This document shows positions 18,272 through 26,121 of a stretch of DNA of 64,000 bases, piece after piece (the first letter of the stretch is position 1; each line of letters opens with the position of its first letter). Position numbers and translations under genes: made by a program. This DNA comes from Candidatus Faecousia excrementipullorum (GTDB taxonomy: Bacteria > Bacillota > Clostridia > Oscillospirales > Oscillospiraceae): NCBI GenBank assembly GCA_018712825.1, contig DVGG01000056.1:4423-68422 (forward strand), in the 5' to 3' direction. The notes beneath the pieces were generated by a model, which was not told where the DNA came from, did no database searches, and was given only the letters and a program-made list of their open reading frames with translations.

Positions 18272-18305
18272 AAAGGTCAGGAAGCGTTTGCAGCCTGACC
18301 TTTTC
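18272..18305 (+). terminator. Intrinsic terminator
   Basis: GGTCAGG...CCTGACC stem followed by TTTT. Confidence 0.7.
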
Positions 18306-18330
18306 TGATAATGACTATGGGGGAATTGAA

Positions 18331-19311
18331 ATGAATCTTGGGATTTTAGGTGCGGGCAAAATTGCCCAGACCATGGCACGGACGATTTTGATGATGAATG
18401 AAGCCGGGGAAACCCGGGTGAAGTTGTACGCCGTGGCTGCCAGAGATTTGTCCCGGGCTAAAGAATTTGCTCAGGATTTTTCTGTGGAGAAGGCCTACGG
18501 CAGCTATGAGGAAATGCTTTCGGATAAGGATTTGGAGCTGGTATATATCGCCACGCCCCATTCCCATCACTATCAGCACATGAAGCTGTGTGCAGACTAT
18601 GGCAAGCATATTCTGTGCGAGAAGGCCTTTACGGTGACGGCGGAGCAGGCGGAGGCTGTGTTTGCCTACGGCAGGGAAAAGGGTGTGCTGATCACCGAGG
18701 CTATCTGGACCCGCTATCAGCCTATGCGCCGGATTATCCGGGAAGAGTTGGCTGCCATCGGTGAGCCCAGAATGCTTACGGCGAATCTGTGTTATGAAAT
18801 CTCCGGGAAGGAGCGGATCGTGAAGCCGGAACTGGCAGGGGGTGCCCTGCTGGATGTGGGCATTTACGCCATCAACTTTGCGGAGATGGTGTTTGGCAGG
18901 GCCCAGGGTATTCAAGGCAGCTGCATCAAGAGTACAACAGGGGTGGACTTTGCCGACAGCATTACCCTGACCTGGGAGGACGGCCGGATGGCGTTGCTGA
19001 ATGCAGCTGCCACCTGCGTATCCGACAGAGCAGGCATCATCTACGGCACCAAGGGATTCATGGTGGTGGAAAATATCAATAATCCCCAGGGACTGAAGAT
19101 TTATGACAACCAGTATCGCCTCGTCAAGGAAGTGTCCTGTCCGCCTCAGCTGACAGGCTATGAATACGAGGTGCTGGAAGCTGCTGACTGTATTTCCCGG
19201 GGAATGGTGGAGTGTCCTTCCATGCCCCATGAGGAGACGGTGCATATCATGCAGGTTATGGATACTCTGCGGGGGCAGATGGGGGTAAGCTATCCCTGCG
19301 AGGGGCTGTGA
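18331..19311 (+). CDS. Gfo/Idh/MocA-family oxidoreductase
   Basis: N-terminal Rossmann fold LGILGAGKIAQ, the conserved EKAF motif (ILCEKAFT), and a typical length of 326 aa. Confidence 0.88.
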   Translation: MNLGILGAGKIAQTMARTILMMNEAGETRVKLYAVAARDLSRAKEFAQDFSVEKAYGSYEEMLSDKDLELVYIATPHSHHYQHMKLCADYGKHILCEKAFTVTAEQAEAVFAYGREKGVLITEAIWTRYQPMRRIIREELAAIGEPRMLTANLCYEISGKERIVKPELAGGALLDVGIYAINFAEMVFGRAQGIQGSCIKSTTGVDFADSITLTWEDGRMALLNAAATCVSDRAGIIYGTKGFMVVENINNPQGLKIYDNQYRLVKEVSCPPQLTGYEYEVLEAADCISRGMVECPSMPHEETVHIMQVMDTLRGQMGVSYPCEGL

Positions 19312-19336
19312 GTCCCGGAATATCCCAACGAGAGAG

Positions 19337-19379
19337 AAAACCAGCCTGGTTGCCACAAGAGGCAGCCAGGCTGGTTTTT
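19337..19379. terminator. Bidirectional terminator between convergent genes
   Basis: 18-bp stem AAAACCAGCCTGGTTGCC / GGCAGCCAGGCTGGTTTT with A and T tracts on both sides. Confidence 0.8.
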
Positions 19380-19395
19380 CATGAAAAGTCAGGAG

Positions 19396-20586
19396 TCAGG
19401 ATACTACGCCGTCCAGCTCTTTGGTGACCCGGTCCAGCTCTTCCTGTAAGACATAGATCTGATTCTGCGTTTCCTTTTCCAATTCATTGAATTGCAGATC
19501 CAAACGGGAAAACTCCTCGTTCAAAGCGGTTTCTCTGGCACGGAGCTCCATTTTCTGTCGGTATTGCAGCAGTCCCAGGGAGGCGGACTCTGCCGCCAGC
19601 TGGTTTAACTCGTTCTGGATTTCCTGCATTCTGGTAATCTGAGGGCTCAGGCTGATTTTCCGCCGCAGAGCGGCAATATTCATCCGAAGCTCCACCCAGC
19701 GATTTTCCAATTCCGCACGCTGTTCCGGGTGAGCCTGCCAATAGGTGTCCTTTCGCTGCTGCCGAACCCGGTTGCAGCTGTGCCGAAGCTGGTACTTCCG
19801 GTTGTCCACAATGCTCCGGTTCTGGAACAGGGTGCTGCGCTGGGCAATGTGGCTGGTGTTGGATAAAAATGGGTATCGTTCGTATTGCCGGGGATTTTCC
19901 GGAATGGGCCGCAGGCAGGTGAGGGATTCCACATCCCAGCTGATGCTGTTCAGCCGTTCAAACAGCTCCGTCAAGGGGGCTTCAAACAGCTCCTGGTGCT
20001 TTGATAGAAATTCCCAATCCAGTATATCCAGAACCTGTCGGGTGGCGCTGTTACAGCTTTCCAGGATCTCCAAAGCTTTATTTTCGTTTTTCTGTATTTC
20101 CGGGTGCTGCCGCCAGTTTACAAGTGCCTGTTCCACAGGGGAAATCAGGTCGTTTCCGACGGAGGTCAAAGCGCAGCACATAACCTTCTCATACTGAGTT
20201 TCCGGGAAAACCGGAGCGGTGGCCATAATACCCTGAAGCAGCGGCTTCCAAAGCTTGGCAGGCTTTTTCTTCCGGCAGGCGTCCATCAGGTCGTATGCGA
20301 ATCGCTCGGAAAGGATGTTCTGATAGGATTTGGGAAGCTGAGAAACATCCTGGCAACAGGAGAGCAGGGCATCGATATTACATTTTTGTGCAAGAAATTG
20401 CCCAAGGGAATCCTCAAAAGCAGATGTCAACTGAACCAGCCGCTGAGAAGGAATCGATGCAGCCGGTGGGGTGTGTTCCGATTCAGTGCATGGAAACTCT
20501 CGCCCGCAGTTGGGGCAAACGGCGCTGCTGCCGTCCATTTTCATCAGCAGAGGCACGGAACAATCAGGACAACGGGCAGAGGACAT
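19396..20586 (-). CDS. Orphan protein: N-terminal 4-Cys zinc ribbon, helical body, C-terminal coiled coil
   Basis: MSSARCPDCSVPLLMKMDGSSAVCPNCG. The last ~100 aa are heptad-like (ELENRWVELRMNIAALRRK...LQFNELEKETQNQIYVLQEELDRVTKEL). No catalytic motif seen. Confidence 0.75.
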   Translation of the reverse strand: MSSARCPDCSVPLLMKMDGSSAVCPNCGREFPCTESEHTPPAASIPSQRLVQLTSAFEDSLGQFLAQKCNIDALLSCCQDVSQLPKSYQNILSERFAYDLMDACRKKKPAKLWKPLLQGIMATAPVFPETQYEKVMCCALTSVGNDLISPVEQALVNWRQHPEIQKNENKALEILESCNSATRQVLDILDWEFLSKHQELFEAPLTELFERLNSISWDVESLTCLRPIPENPRQYERYPFLSNTSHIAQRSTLFQNRSIVDNRKYQLRHSCNRVRQQRKDTYWQAHPEQRAELENRWVELRMNIAALRRKISLSPQITRMQEIQNELNQLAAESASLGLLQYRQKMELRARETALNEEFSRLDLQFNELEKETQNQIYVLQEELDRVTKELDGVVS

Positions 20587-20633
20587 GGCACATCACTTCC
20601 TAAAAAAACTTCAGCAAAATACTGACAATATAA

Positions 20634-20661
20634 ATTATATTCTTTATGTAAAAAATGTCAA
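20634..20661 (-). promoter_or_regulatory. Near-consensus sigma-A promoter for the downstream zinc-ribbon gene
   Basis: Minus strand reads TTGACA-16 nt-TATAAT inside the AT-rich 118-nt spacer. Confidence 0.6.
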
Positions 20662-20704
20662 CGGTAAGTTAAATAGAAGTGAATATGAGAGAAAAACATC
20701 TTTT

Positions 20705-21802
20705 TTAGAAACCCTGGAAAAAAGAATTTTTTTCCAACAAAGCTTTCAGATGCCGGGCAAGAGACACAAGTCCCCAGTCCTGGCAGGCTTCCAGAATACA
20801 TTCCTGGGGATAATCTGCATAGGCGCTTTGAAACAGCTGCCGGGCCAGGGTCTCATCTTTTTCCAGCTGCGGCAGCAATACCGGCAAAAAGGAATCATTT
20901 ATGCAGAGATCGTAAAGCATTTCTCCCAAAAGAGCCTGGGCCGCATCCGGCTCCATCAGGTGGTCCTGGGCGGTGTCCAGCAAAAGCTTCATCATATTCA
21001 GGGCTGTTTTGGGCTGAGCTTCTGCCATAGCTTCCAGAAGTTCTGCTATATCCATCTCTTCCAGCTTTTCCGGAGGAAAAGAGGAGGCAGCTTCCGGAAA
21101 GGATGCAATCAAAAAATCCCGACAGCAGATAGATTCATTTTCATCAAAATCCCACTGCTGTATGGAAGACCGCAAGTCATCAATGGGGAAATGGGTTATG
21201 TGGTATCTGCGCCAATGGGAATGGAACATATCTGTAATGGCTGTGTAAATCAAATCCTCTGTACTGCCCAGAAACAGATGTTCTACCAGACTCCAACCCG
21301 TAAAAATATCCGTCAACCAATCGGGAAAATCTCCGTCGGTGCCCGAGGAAGGAAGCTGAGGAAGCAGGTTTTGCCAGAATGTACCCATATCCTCTCCGGC
21401 TATGGAAAATTCCCGGGAGAAAACCGGCGTGCCGGAGGAAATGCCTTTCTGAAAATCTTCATAGGCGAAAATCGGATATTTTTGCAGAAAGGTGCGGACA
21501 AGGGAAAATCCGAATCCTCCGGAAGAACCGGCATTCAAAAGACCGTGGGACATGGCATAAAGGGCAAGGCGGAAGGCAGGCTCCTTGTAATCTTCCGGAG
21601 AATGGACCTCCATACCCTTGAGAATTTGCCATACGCCTCTTTCCAATTCCTGAAGACCCGGGACGGACTCCTGTGAAGGCTTAATCCTGGATGCGCCTTT
21701 GAGAGAGGAAAGAGACCCAAAATCTCCGCACCACCCACATTCCCAGCGGTTTCCCCGGATTTTAATGGGACTCCCGCAATGCGGACATCGATTTCCGGTC
21801 AT
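20705..21802 (-). CDS. Orphan protein: N-terminal 4-Cys zinc ribbon followed by an acidic helical domain
   Basis: MTGNRCPHCGSPIKIRGNRWECGWCG. The remaining ~330 aa have no motif I recognise. RBS GGGGG lies 8 nt upstream. Confidence 0.75.
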   Translation of the reverse strand: MTGNRCPHCGSPIKIRGNRWECGWCGDFGSLSSLKGASRIKPSQESVPGLQELERGVWQILKGMEVHSPEDYKEPAFRLALYAMSHGLLNAGSSGGFGFSLVRTFLQKYPIFAYEDFQKGISSGTPVFSREFSIAGEDMGTFWQNLLPQLPSSGTDGDFPDWLTDIFTGWSLVEHLFLGSTEDLIYTAITDMFHSHWRRYHITHFPIDDLRSSIQQWDFDENESICCRDFLIASFPEAASSFPPEKLEEMDIAELLEAMAEAQPKTALNMMKLLLDTAQDHLMEPDAAQALLGEMLYDLCINDSFLPVLLPQLEKDETLARQLFQSAYADYPQECILEACQDWGLVSLARHLKALLEKNSFFQGF

Positions 21803-21825
21803 AAATATGCCCCCTTTTTTCTGTC

Positions 21826-21853
21826 ATTATAGCAAAAAATAAGAAATTCGCAA
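21826..21853 (-). promoter_or_regulatory. Sigma-A promoter for the first zinc-ribbon gene
   Basis: Minus strand reads TTGCGA-16 nt-TATAAT, with TGc forming an extended -10. Confidence 0.6.
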
Positions 21854-21880
21854 GGTAATCCGGTAGAATTAAATTTTGAT

Positions 21881-21913
21881 AAAAAAAGAGCAAGCGAAAA
21901 CGCTTGCTCTTTT
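21881..21913 (-). terminator. Intrinsic terminator after tRNA-Ala
   Basis: GAGCAAGCG-nnnn-CGCTTGCTC stem followed on the minus strand by TTTTTTT. Confidence 0.8.
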
Positions 21914-21989
21914 TGGTGGACCTGATCGGATTCGAACCGACGACCCCCACAATGCGAATGTGATGCGCTCCCAACTGCGCTACAGGCCC
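21914..21989 (-). tRNA. tRNA-Ala (anticodon CGC)
   Basis: Reverse complement is GGGCCTGTAGCGCAGTTGGGAGCGCATCACATTCGCATTGTGGGGGTCGTCGGTTCGAATCCGATCAGGTCCACCA. G3:U70 identity pair, anticodon loop TTCGCAT, encoded CCA. Confidence 0.9.
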
Positions 21990-22016
21990 AAATGGAGGGA
22001 GATGGGATACCTGAAT

Positions 22017-22045
22017 ATTATATTTCCTGGCATAGCGTTTGTCAA
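22017..22045 (-). promoter_or_regulatory. Consensus sigma-A promoter for tRNA-Ala
   Basis: Minus strand reads TTGACA-17 nt-TATAAT exactly, about 28 nt upstream of the tRNA 5' end. Confidence 0.7.
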
Positions 22046-22114
22046 TACCTGCATAGGATATAACCGGAGAAAAGTGGCAAGGGCGGTGGGACATAAGATA
22101 GTTCCGTGTGGTTG

Positions 22115-22143
22115 TTGACAAAAACTGCAAAGTATTATATAGT
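22115..22143 (+). promoter_or_regulatory. Sigma-A promoter for the riboswitch-antiporter transcript
   Basis: TTGACA-17 nt-TATAGT. Confidence 0.55.
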
Positions 22144-22150
22144 AATCTGG

Positions 22151-22276
22151 CTTAGGGAGTAGCTGGCATGAATTTCATGTTTATGTTGTCGTCATTCTCG
22201 ATTTGCAGAAGCAAATCCGGCACATAAGTAAACGGCGAGACTTTGCTGTGATGGTATTGCAGCGAAGTCTTTTTTT
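22151..22276 (+). promoter_or_regulatory. yybP-ykoY (Mn2+)-like riboswitch with terminator expression platform
   Basis: Blocks GGGAGTAGC, GTCGTCATTCTC, CCGGCACATA and GGCGAGAC occur in the same order as the conserved blocks of the L. lactis yybP-ykoY aptamer as I remember it. Terminator GACTTTGCTG/CAGCGAAGTC plus T7 (22239-22276) overlaps the 3' aptamer strand. Confidence 0.65.
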
Positions 22277-22305
22277 ATGCCCTGCAAAAACGAAAGGAGT
22301 TACTT

Positions 22306-23241
22306 ATGGATATCTTATGGAATTTATTGATGCTGGCTTTGGGGTTTGTGCTGCTGGTAAAGGGAGCCGATTGGTTCGTGGACGGTGCGGCGGGCATTGC
22401 CAATAAGTTCAAGATTCCCCAGCTGATTATCGGCCTGACCATCGTGGCCATGGGCACCAGTGCTCCGGAAGCTGCTGTCAGTATTTCTGCGGCCTTGAAG
22501 GGCAGCGCAGAAATCACCATCGGCAATATTGTGGGCAGCAATATTCTGAATATTCTGATTATTCTCGGCCTGACTGCGGTAATTACCCCTGTGGCAGTTG
22601 CCAAGTCCACCATTCGTGTGGACATCCCCTTCATGCTGGCAATCAGCATCCTGCTGCTGGTTCAGGGTTTGGACGGCAGCGTTACCCTCTTGGATGGCAT
22701 TGTGCTTCTGGTGGTCTTTGCCGGATACCTGACTTATCTTGTGATCAATGCCAGAAAAAATCCGGAGCAGCTGGAAGAAGAGCAGATCAAGAATCAATCC
22801 ATCTGGATGTGCCTTTTGTGGACTGCCATTGGTTTGGTTGCCATTATCCTGGGCAGTAACTTCTCTGTGGATGCAGCCAGCAACATTGCCCGGATTCTGG
22901 GCCTGAGTGAGCGGTTTATTGGCCTCACCATCGTGGCTTTGGGAACCTCTTTGCCGGAGCTGGTGACTTCCGTAATGGCTGCCAGAAAGGGAAATGCGGA
23001 TATCGCCATCGGCAATATTGTGGGCAGCAATATTTTCAACATCCTGTTTGTGGTAGGTCTGTCCTCCGTAATTGTTTCTGTACCCTTTGCCTCTGCGTTT
23101 ATTGTGGATATGATTGTGGCCATTGGTGCCGGAGTCCTTCTGTGGATTTTCAGCCTGCACAAGAAAAAGCTCATTCCCATCCACGGCGTTGTATTTCTCC
23201 TGGCCTATGCCGGATATTTTGCCTACCTGATGATGAAATAA
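22306..23241 (+). CDS. CaCA-family cation antiporter (YrbG-like sodium/calcium exchanger)
   Basis: Two alpha-repeats (GTSAPEAAVSI...GNIVGSNILNI and GTSLPELVTSV...GNIVGSNIFNI). About 10 TM helices. 311 aa. Confidence 0.88.
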   Translation: MDILWNLLMLALGFVLLVKGADWFVDGAAGIANKFKIPQLIIGLTIVAMGTSAPEAAVSISAALKGSAEITIGNIVGSNILNILIILGLTAVITPVAVAKSTIRVDIPFMLAISILLLVQGLDGSVTLLDGIVLLVVFAGYLTYLVINARKNPEQLEEEQIKNQSIWMCLLWTAIGLVAIILGSNFSVDAASNIARILGLSERFIGLTIVALGTSLPELVTSVMAARKGNADIAIGNIVGSNIFNILFVVGLSSVIVSVPFASAFIVDMIVAIGAGVLLWIFSLHKKKLIPIHGVVFLLAYAGYFAYLMMK

Positions 23242-23282
23242 AAAGCACAAAGCCGTTCCGGAAAAACCGGAACGGCTTGTTT

Positions 23283-24923
23283 TTATGCCGGGGTATTCAG
23301 AACGGCCTGAATCCGCTCCACAGTCCGGTCATAGCCCAGAATCTGCATAACGGTGTAAAGGTCCGGAGAGTTGGTTTTGCCGGTAACGGCCTGACGGATG
23401 ATGGTGGAAATGTCCGCCACGGTTCCGGGATAGGCCTCAGGGTTGGCCTTGTAGGCCTTCATATCCGTGGTAAAGCCCATGTCACAGGTGATGGCCTTGA
23501 CCTTTTCAAACCATGCATTGGCGTCGTCCTCCAGGGAGAAGGTCTTGAGGAATCTCTCCAGGGCCTCCCGAACAATGGCATCGGGGAAGGTAAAGACAGG
23601 CTTTTCCAGATATTCGTCATAGAAGAAGCCCATATAAGGCTTGGCTTCCTTCCAGGTGGCTATATCTTTTCTGGGCTTCTTTCCACCCCGACCGATGGCA
23701 AGAATCCGAATGGCATATTCTTTGTCGCTTGCCAGCTTCCGGGCAAAGTCAGCATCGAACTCCTGGGCCCACTCCAGCAGCAGGGTATAGACCTTTTCTG
23801 CGTCCATTTTGGCAATCTCGTTTTTGGAGACGTCCGTAAGCTTGGCATAGTCAAAGAGGTTGCCGGCGGGATTCAGCTTCTTGGGGCTGAATTTGAAATC
23901 AGAGGCAGGTGCCATGGGATTGGCTCTGCGCCAGTCCTCGTAATTGGAGTTGAGGAGGGTCATAATGTATTCATAGACCGCCTCCACCGGGAAGCCTTCT
24001 GCTTTGTAGTAGGTCAGAGCCAGCTCCGGATCCTTCCGTTTGGACAGCTTCCGCTTGGAGTTGCCGTCCATTTTCATCAAAGGTCCGATGTGCACATACT
24101 TGGGAAGCTTAAAGCCCAGAGCCTTGAAGAGCTGAATGTGGAAGGGCAGGGTGGGCAGCCATTCGTCACCCCGTACCACATGGGTGGTGCGCATCAGGTG
24201 GTCATCCACCGCGTGGGCAAAGTGGTAGGTGGGGATGCCGTCGGACTTGAGCAGCACATGGTCGATGTTGTTCTCCGTAATGGTGAGCTTACCCTTCACC
24301 AGGTCGTCAAATTTGAACTGGTTTTCAATACTGCCGGTGGAGCGGAAACGGAGCACCCAGGGCTTTCCGGCATCCAGCTGGGCCTGAATCTCCTCCAGGG
24401 AGCGGTCGCGCCAGATGGCATAGGGCCCATAATAGCCGGTGGTTTCCTTGTTGGCTTCCTGCTTTTCCCGCATGGCAGAAAGCTCCTCCTCGGTGCTGAA
24501 GCAGGGATAGGCCATGCCCTGCAGGACCAGCTGTTTGGCATAGACATGGTAAATGTCCGCTCTTTGCCGCTGATGGTAGGGGCCGTAAATGCCCACATCT
24601 CCATCCAGGGATGCGCCTTCGTCAAAATGAATCCCGTAGTGCTTCAGGGTGTTGATCAAAACCTCCACGGCACCGGGAACCTCCCGCTTGGCGTCCGTAT
24701 CCTCCACCCGGAGGAACAGAACACCGCCGCTCTGGTGGGCCATGCGCTCAGAGGTCAGACCCTGCACCAGGTTGCCTAGATGGACGAAGCCGGTGGGGGA
24801 GGGGGCCATCCGGGTGACAACAGCCCCTTCCGGAAGATTTCTGGGGGGGAAACGCTCCTCCAGGGACTCCGGGGTATCGGTTACATGGGGAAACAGCAAT
24901 TGCGCTAAGGCTTGATAGTCCAT
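23283..24923 (-). CDS. gltX: Glutamate--tRNA ligase (long form)
   Basis: Class I HIGH-type motif PSPTGFVHLGN and KMSKS-type KLSKRK. GluRS-like rather than GlnRS-like N-terminus. 546 aa. Confidence 0.88.
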   Translation of the reverse strand: MDYQALAQLLFPHVTDTPESLEERFPPRNLPEGAVVTRMAPSPTGFVHLGNLVQGLTSERMAHQSGGVLFLRVEDTDAKREVPGAVEVLINTLKHYGIHFDEGASLDGDVGIYGPYHQRQRADIYHVYAKQLVLQGMAYPCFSTEEELSAMREKQEANKETTGYYGPYAIWRDRSLEEIQAQLDAGKPWVLRFRSTGSIENQFKFDDLVKGKLTITENNIDHVLLKSDGIPTYHFAHAVDDHLMRTTHVVRGDEWLPTLPFHIQLFKALGFKLPKYVHIGPLMKMDGNSKRKLSKRKDPELALTYYKAEGFPVEAVYEYIMTLLNSNYEDWRRANPMAPASDFKFSPKKLNPAGNLFDYAKLTDVSKNEIAKMDAEKVYTLLLEWAQEFDADFARKLASDKEYAIRILAIGRGGKKPRKDIATWKEAKPYMGFFYDEYLEKPVFTFPDAIVREALERFLKTFSLEDDANAWFEKVKAITCDMGFTTDMKAYKANPEAYPGTVADISTIIRQAVTGKTNSPDLYTVMQILGYDRTVERIQAVLNTPA

Positions 24924-25056
24924 AGTACATACCTCTATCTAAAATTTCTCCCCATAATATACCACACCCTCGGGAGAAATGTCAATTTCACATTGCGTTT
25001 TTCTCCGTTCCGTGGTAGAATATCCGAGATACAGAAAAGGAAAAGAGGCAATCCAT

Positions 25057-26070
25057 ATGGAAGAAGTTGCAACCAAAAAGAGAATGCTCTCCGGCATCAA
25101 GCCTTCCGGAGACCTGACCCTGGGCTCTTACCTGGGAGCCATCAAGAATTGGGCAGAGCGGGCGGACTCTTATGACTGCTTTTATTTTATGGCGGATTTG
25201 CACGCCATTACGGTTCGCCAGAACCCTGCGGATCTTCGCCGCCGCACCCTGGAACAGCTGGCGCAGTACATTGCCTGCGGACTGGACCCGGAGAAGAACA
25301 CCCTGTTTATCCAGAGCCACGTACACCAGCATGCAGAGCTGGGCTGGGTGCTCAACTGCTATGCCATGTTTGGAGAGCTGAGCCGTATGACCCAGTTCAA
25401 GGACAAGTCTGCCAAGAATGCGGAAAACATCAATGGCGGCCTGTTTACCTACCCGTCCCTGATGGCTGCGGATATTCTTTTGTACCAGCCGGATCTGGTG
25501 CCGGTGGGTGAGGACCAGAAGCAGCATGTGGAGCTGTGTCATACCATTGCCCGGCGTTTTAACGGCGTGTACGGGGATGTGTTCAAAATTCCGGAGCCCT
25601 TTGTCCCCAAGGTTGGCGCCAGAATTATGAGCCTGACCAATCCCACAGCAAAAATGTCCAAATCCGAGAATGAGGATACGGGGCGGATTCTGGTAATGGA
25701 TACGCCGGAAACCATCATGCGCCAGTTCAAGCGGGCCATTACCGACTCCGATACGGAAAACTGTGTCCGCTACGACAAGGAGAATAAGCCTGGTGTGGCA
25801 AACCTTATGGCTATTTATTCCGCCTGCACCGGAAAGTCCTATGAGGAGATTGAAAGGGAGTTTGCAGGCCAGGGCTATGGTGCCTTCAAGCCCAAGGTGG
25901 GAGAAGCAGTGGTGGAAACTCTGCGGCCCATCCGGGAGGAAACCCTCCGGCTGCTGAAAGACAAAGCCTACCTGGAATCTGTTTACCGCAACGGCGCAGA
26001 AAAAGCCTCCTACGTTGCCGAAAAGACCCTTCGGAAGGTTTACAAGAAGATTGGGTTTATTGCCAAATAA
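25057..26070 (+). CDS. trpS: Tryptophan--tRNA ligase
   Basis: Start at ATG 25057 after AAAAGAGGCA. GIKPSGDLTLGSYLGA, GEDQKQH and KMSKS motifs. Confidence 0.95.
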   Translation: MEEVATKKRMLSGIKPSGDLTLGSYLGAIKNWAERADSYDCFYFMADLHAITVRQNPADLRRRTLEQLAQYIACGLDPEKNTLFIQSHVHQHAELGWVLNCYAMFGELSRMTQFKDKSAKNAENINGGLFTYPSLMAADILLYQPDLVPVGEDQKQHVELCHTIARRFNGVYGDVFKIPEPFVPKVGARIMSLTNPTAKMSKSENEDTGRILVMDTPETIMRQFKRAITDSDTENCVRYDKENKPGVANLMAIYSACTGKSYEEIEREFAGQGYGAFKPKVGEAVVETLRPIREETLRLLKDKAYLESVYRNGAEKASYVAEKTLRKVYKKIGFIAK

Positions 26071-26085
26071 TTCGATTTGACACAA

Positions 26086-26121
26086 AAACGCCTCCGGCAG
26101 ATTTGCCGGAGGCTGTTTTTT
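26086..26121. terminator. Bidirectional terminator (trpS / LRR gene)
   Basis: GCCTCCGGC / GCCGGAGGC stem flanked by A5 and T6. Confidence 0.8.

Noticed and set aside
19311-21914. Looked for a direct repeat of the tRNA-Ala 3' end (an att site), or an integrase, that would mark the zinc-ribbon pair as an integrated island.
   Set aside because: By eye, no copy of the tRNA 3' segment is found near 19311-19400 or elsewhere in the window. There is no integrase or recombinase gene. Island status therefore remains only positional inference.
23142-24779. 545-aa plus-strand ORF antisense to gltX. Similar long antisense ORFs occur at 22324-23250, 24988-26151, 26459-27880, 28031-29191, 29269-30618, 30805-31884, 34758-36885, 38764-40269, 42912-44345, 44842-46161, 49370-51058, 53878-54657, 57566-58657 and 60463-61389.
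   Set aside because: In every case the partner strand encodes a protein with recognisable family motifs, a sensible RBS and terminators. The antisense translations are His/Gly/Leu/Pro-rich with no signals.
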